50,669 nt of DNA from a virus. The notes beneath the pieces were generated by a model that was given only the letters and a program-made list of their open reading frames with translations, did no database searches and was not told where the DNA came from. Numbering within the stretch: the stretch's first letter is position 1; every line of letters starts with the position of its first letter. The translations under genes were made by a program, and so were the position numbers. Below are positions 49,619 to 50,669 of the stretch, piece by piece. The stretch is taken from positions 1-50,669 of IMG/VR virus record IMGVR_UViG_3300028831_000214; one strand, written 5' to 3'.

Positions 49619-49663
49619 GTTTAACCGAGGGGCGTGTAGTAGACGAAACCCCACACGCCCCTC
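49619..49663 (-). promoter_or_regulatory. bipartite motif site: 11-bp hairpin plus GCGTGTGGgGTT-N21-GTTAAACA after the major tail gene
   Basis: Minus strand reads GAGGGGCGTGT-(15-nt loop)-ACACGCCCCTC then GG TTAAAC. GCGTGTGG is at 49658-49651 and TTAAAC at 49624-49619 (26-nt gap). Confidence 0.55.
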
Positions 49664-49668
49664 CGCTA

Positions 49669-50607
49669 CTACGTCAGCTGGGCGTGGGTCTCCTGCGTCT
49701 GCACGGTCAGCGTGTACGCTGCCGTGGCGGGCCCGATCAGGCACTGGTACTCGATCGACGCTCGCACGACGTCGCCCTGCGAGCTGAGGCTGACCTCGTA
49801 GGTGTCCTTGAGAGACACCGGCGTCAGGATGGTGATCTTGTTGTTCGTGCCCTTGGTGGCCACGAGCGTGATCGACTGCGCCGTCATCGCCTTGAAGGCG
49901 TCGTAGTCGGTACGGTCCTGGAAGTCACGCTCGAGCGACAGGGTTACCTCTCGCTCACCGAACGCGATGAACTGTGCACCGCGACTCGGGTTCTTGAGGC
50001 GGTAGTTCGGCTCGGCGTTGTCCTCGACCTGGAACTCGAAGGTGTCCGTGTCGAGCACCGACGAGCTCGTCGGGATCTGGATGTCGTACTGACCCATGCC
50101 GTACGGGGTCGTGGTCGGCCAGGTCACCGTCGGGTTGGACTGCGTCGCCTCGTCGTTGCCGACGATGCTGACGTTGTAGGTCAGCGTGCCGTCGTCGATG
50201 CCGAAGGTGAACGAGCCGACCACGCAGCCGGAGTACCCGAAGACCACGCCGTTGCGCACGATGGTGATCGACATCGTCTTGGCCGGCGTCGCGTTCGCGT
50301 TCGGCGTACCCGTGTAGGTGAGGTTCGTCGTACCGCTCTTCACCACCGTCATGCGACTGGCGTACATGAACCAGACGACCACGTCTTCCGTAGCGTCCAT
50401 CTCGATGTCGCCCTCGACGTGCGCGTTGCCCGGCACGGCGTAGTTCACGTCTGGCGAGTTACGGATGGCTCGGCGGAAGTTGGTCTCCTGCTGGTACATC
50501 AGGGACTCGCTGTTGAATGGGACGAACTTGACGGGCGCCAGGTAGGTCCCCGAGACTGCCTCGAGGGCCACGCCCAGTACGCCACTCGCGCCGACACCGA
50601 TTGCCAT
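49669..50607 (-). CDS. major tail (tube) protein
   Basis: 312 aa, directly upstream of the chaperones and tape measure, followed by an attenuator-like hairpin. Its 5' end lies in the terminal repeat. Confidence 0.8.
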   Translation of the reverse strand: MAIGVGASGVLGVALEAVSGTYLAPVKFVPFNSESLMYQQETNFRRAIRNSPDVNYAVPGNAHVEGDIEMDATEDVVVWFMYASRMTVVKSGTTNLTYTGTPNANATPAKTMSITIVRNGVVFGYSGCVVGSFTFGIDDGTLTYNVSIVGNDEATQSNPTVTWPTTTPYGMGQYDIQIPTSSSVLDTDTFEFQVEDNAEPNYRLKNPSRGAQFIAFGEREVTLSLERDFQDRTDYDAFKAMTAQSITLVATKGTNNKITILTPVSLKDTYEVSLSSQGDVVRASIEYQCLIGPATAAYTLTVQTQETHAQLT

Positions 50608-50669
50608 TACTTGTCACCCTCCTCTCCCGGCTTGTCGGCCAGCTCCTGCAGAGCGGCCACGTTCTTCTC
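50536..50669. repeat. terminal direct repeat copy 2 (identical to 1-134)
   Basis: Same as copy 1. Confidence 0.9.

Overview
The window is one complete tailed-phage genome (siphovirus-type). A high-GC actinobacterial, Streptomyces-like host is inferred. Bases 1-134 recur exactly at 50536-50669, so the unique genome is 50535 bp and the major tail gene runs across the junction. There are two opposed transcription arms.

(i) Minus-strand virion/lysis arm. It starts at a consensus promoter near 9300 and runs: terS, three small membrane proteins, terL, Mu-type portal, protease/scaffold, decoration protein, major capsid and neck genes. Across the junction it continues: major tail, G and G-T chaperones with a GGGAAAC -1 slip site, tape measure, Dit, Gly-rich fibre, metallopeptidase-like protein, Tal-like proteins, holin-like protein, and a secreted neprosin-like protein ending at 39343.

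(ii) Plus-strand early/replication arm, about 9530-39223. It holds many small ORFans behind TTGAAx/GTGAxA-N17-19-TATAAT promoters and a BldC-like regulator. The replication genes are an SNF2 helicase, Cas4/RecB nuclease, Sak4-like ATPase, DUF669-like SSB, primase-helicase, UDG-fused PolA, HNH protein and RuvC-like resolvase. Between the primase-helicase and PolA lie a folE-queD-queE-queC-dpdA 7-deazaguanine DNA-modification island and two NTP-pyrophosphatase-like genes.

The arms converge on a 62-nt bidirectional hairpin (39222-39283) and diverge from an AT-rich control region (9316-10934). I saw no integrase, repressor, rRNA, canonical tRNA or CRISPR array.

The points most worth a second look:
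- a 19-nt-specified bipartite motif, GCGTGTGGnGTT-N21-GTTAAACA, at four (five with a variant) operon junctions on both strands
- the deazaguanine island and its unassigned passenger genes
- a signal-peptide neprosin/DUF239-like protein sitting where the endolysin should be
- a phage copy of the developmental regulator BldC
- two tRNA-like structured RNAs
- GTCTAACC operator-like arrays
- an AT-rich island with tandem repeats and a Cys-rich mini-protein

All family assignments come from motif recognition by eye and memory of families, not from database searches.
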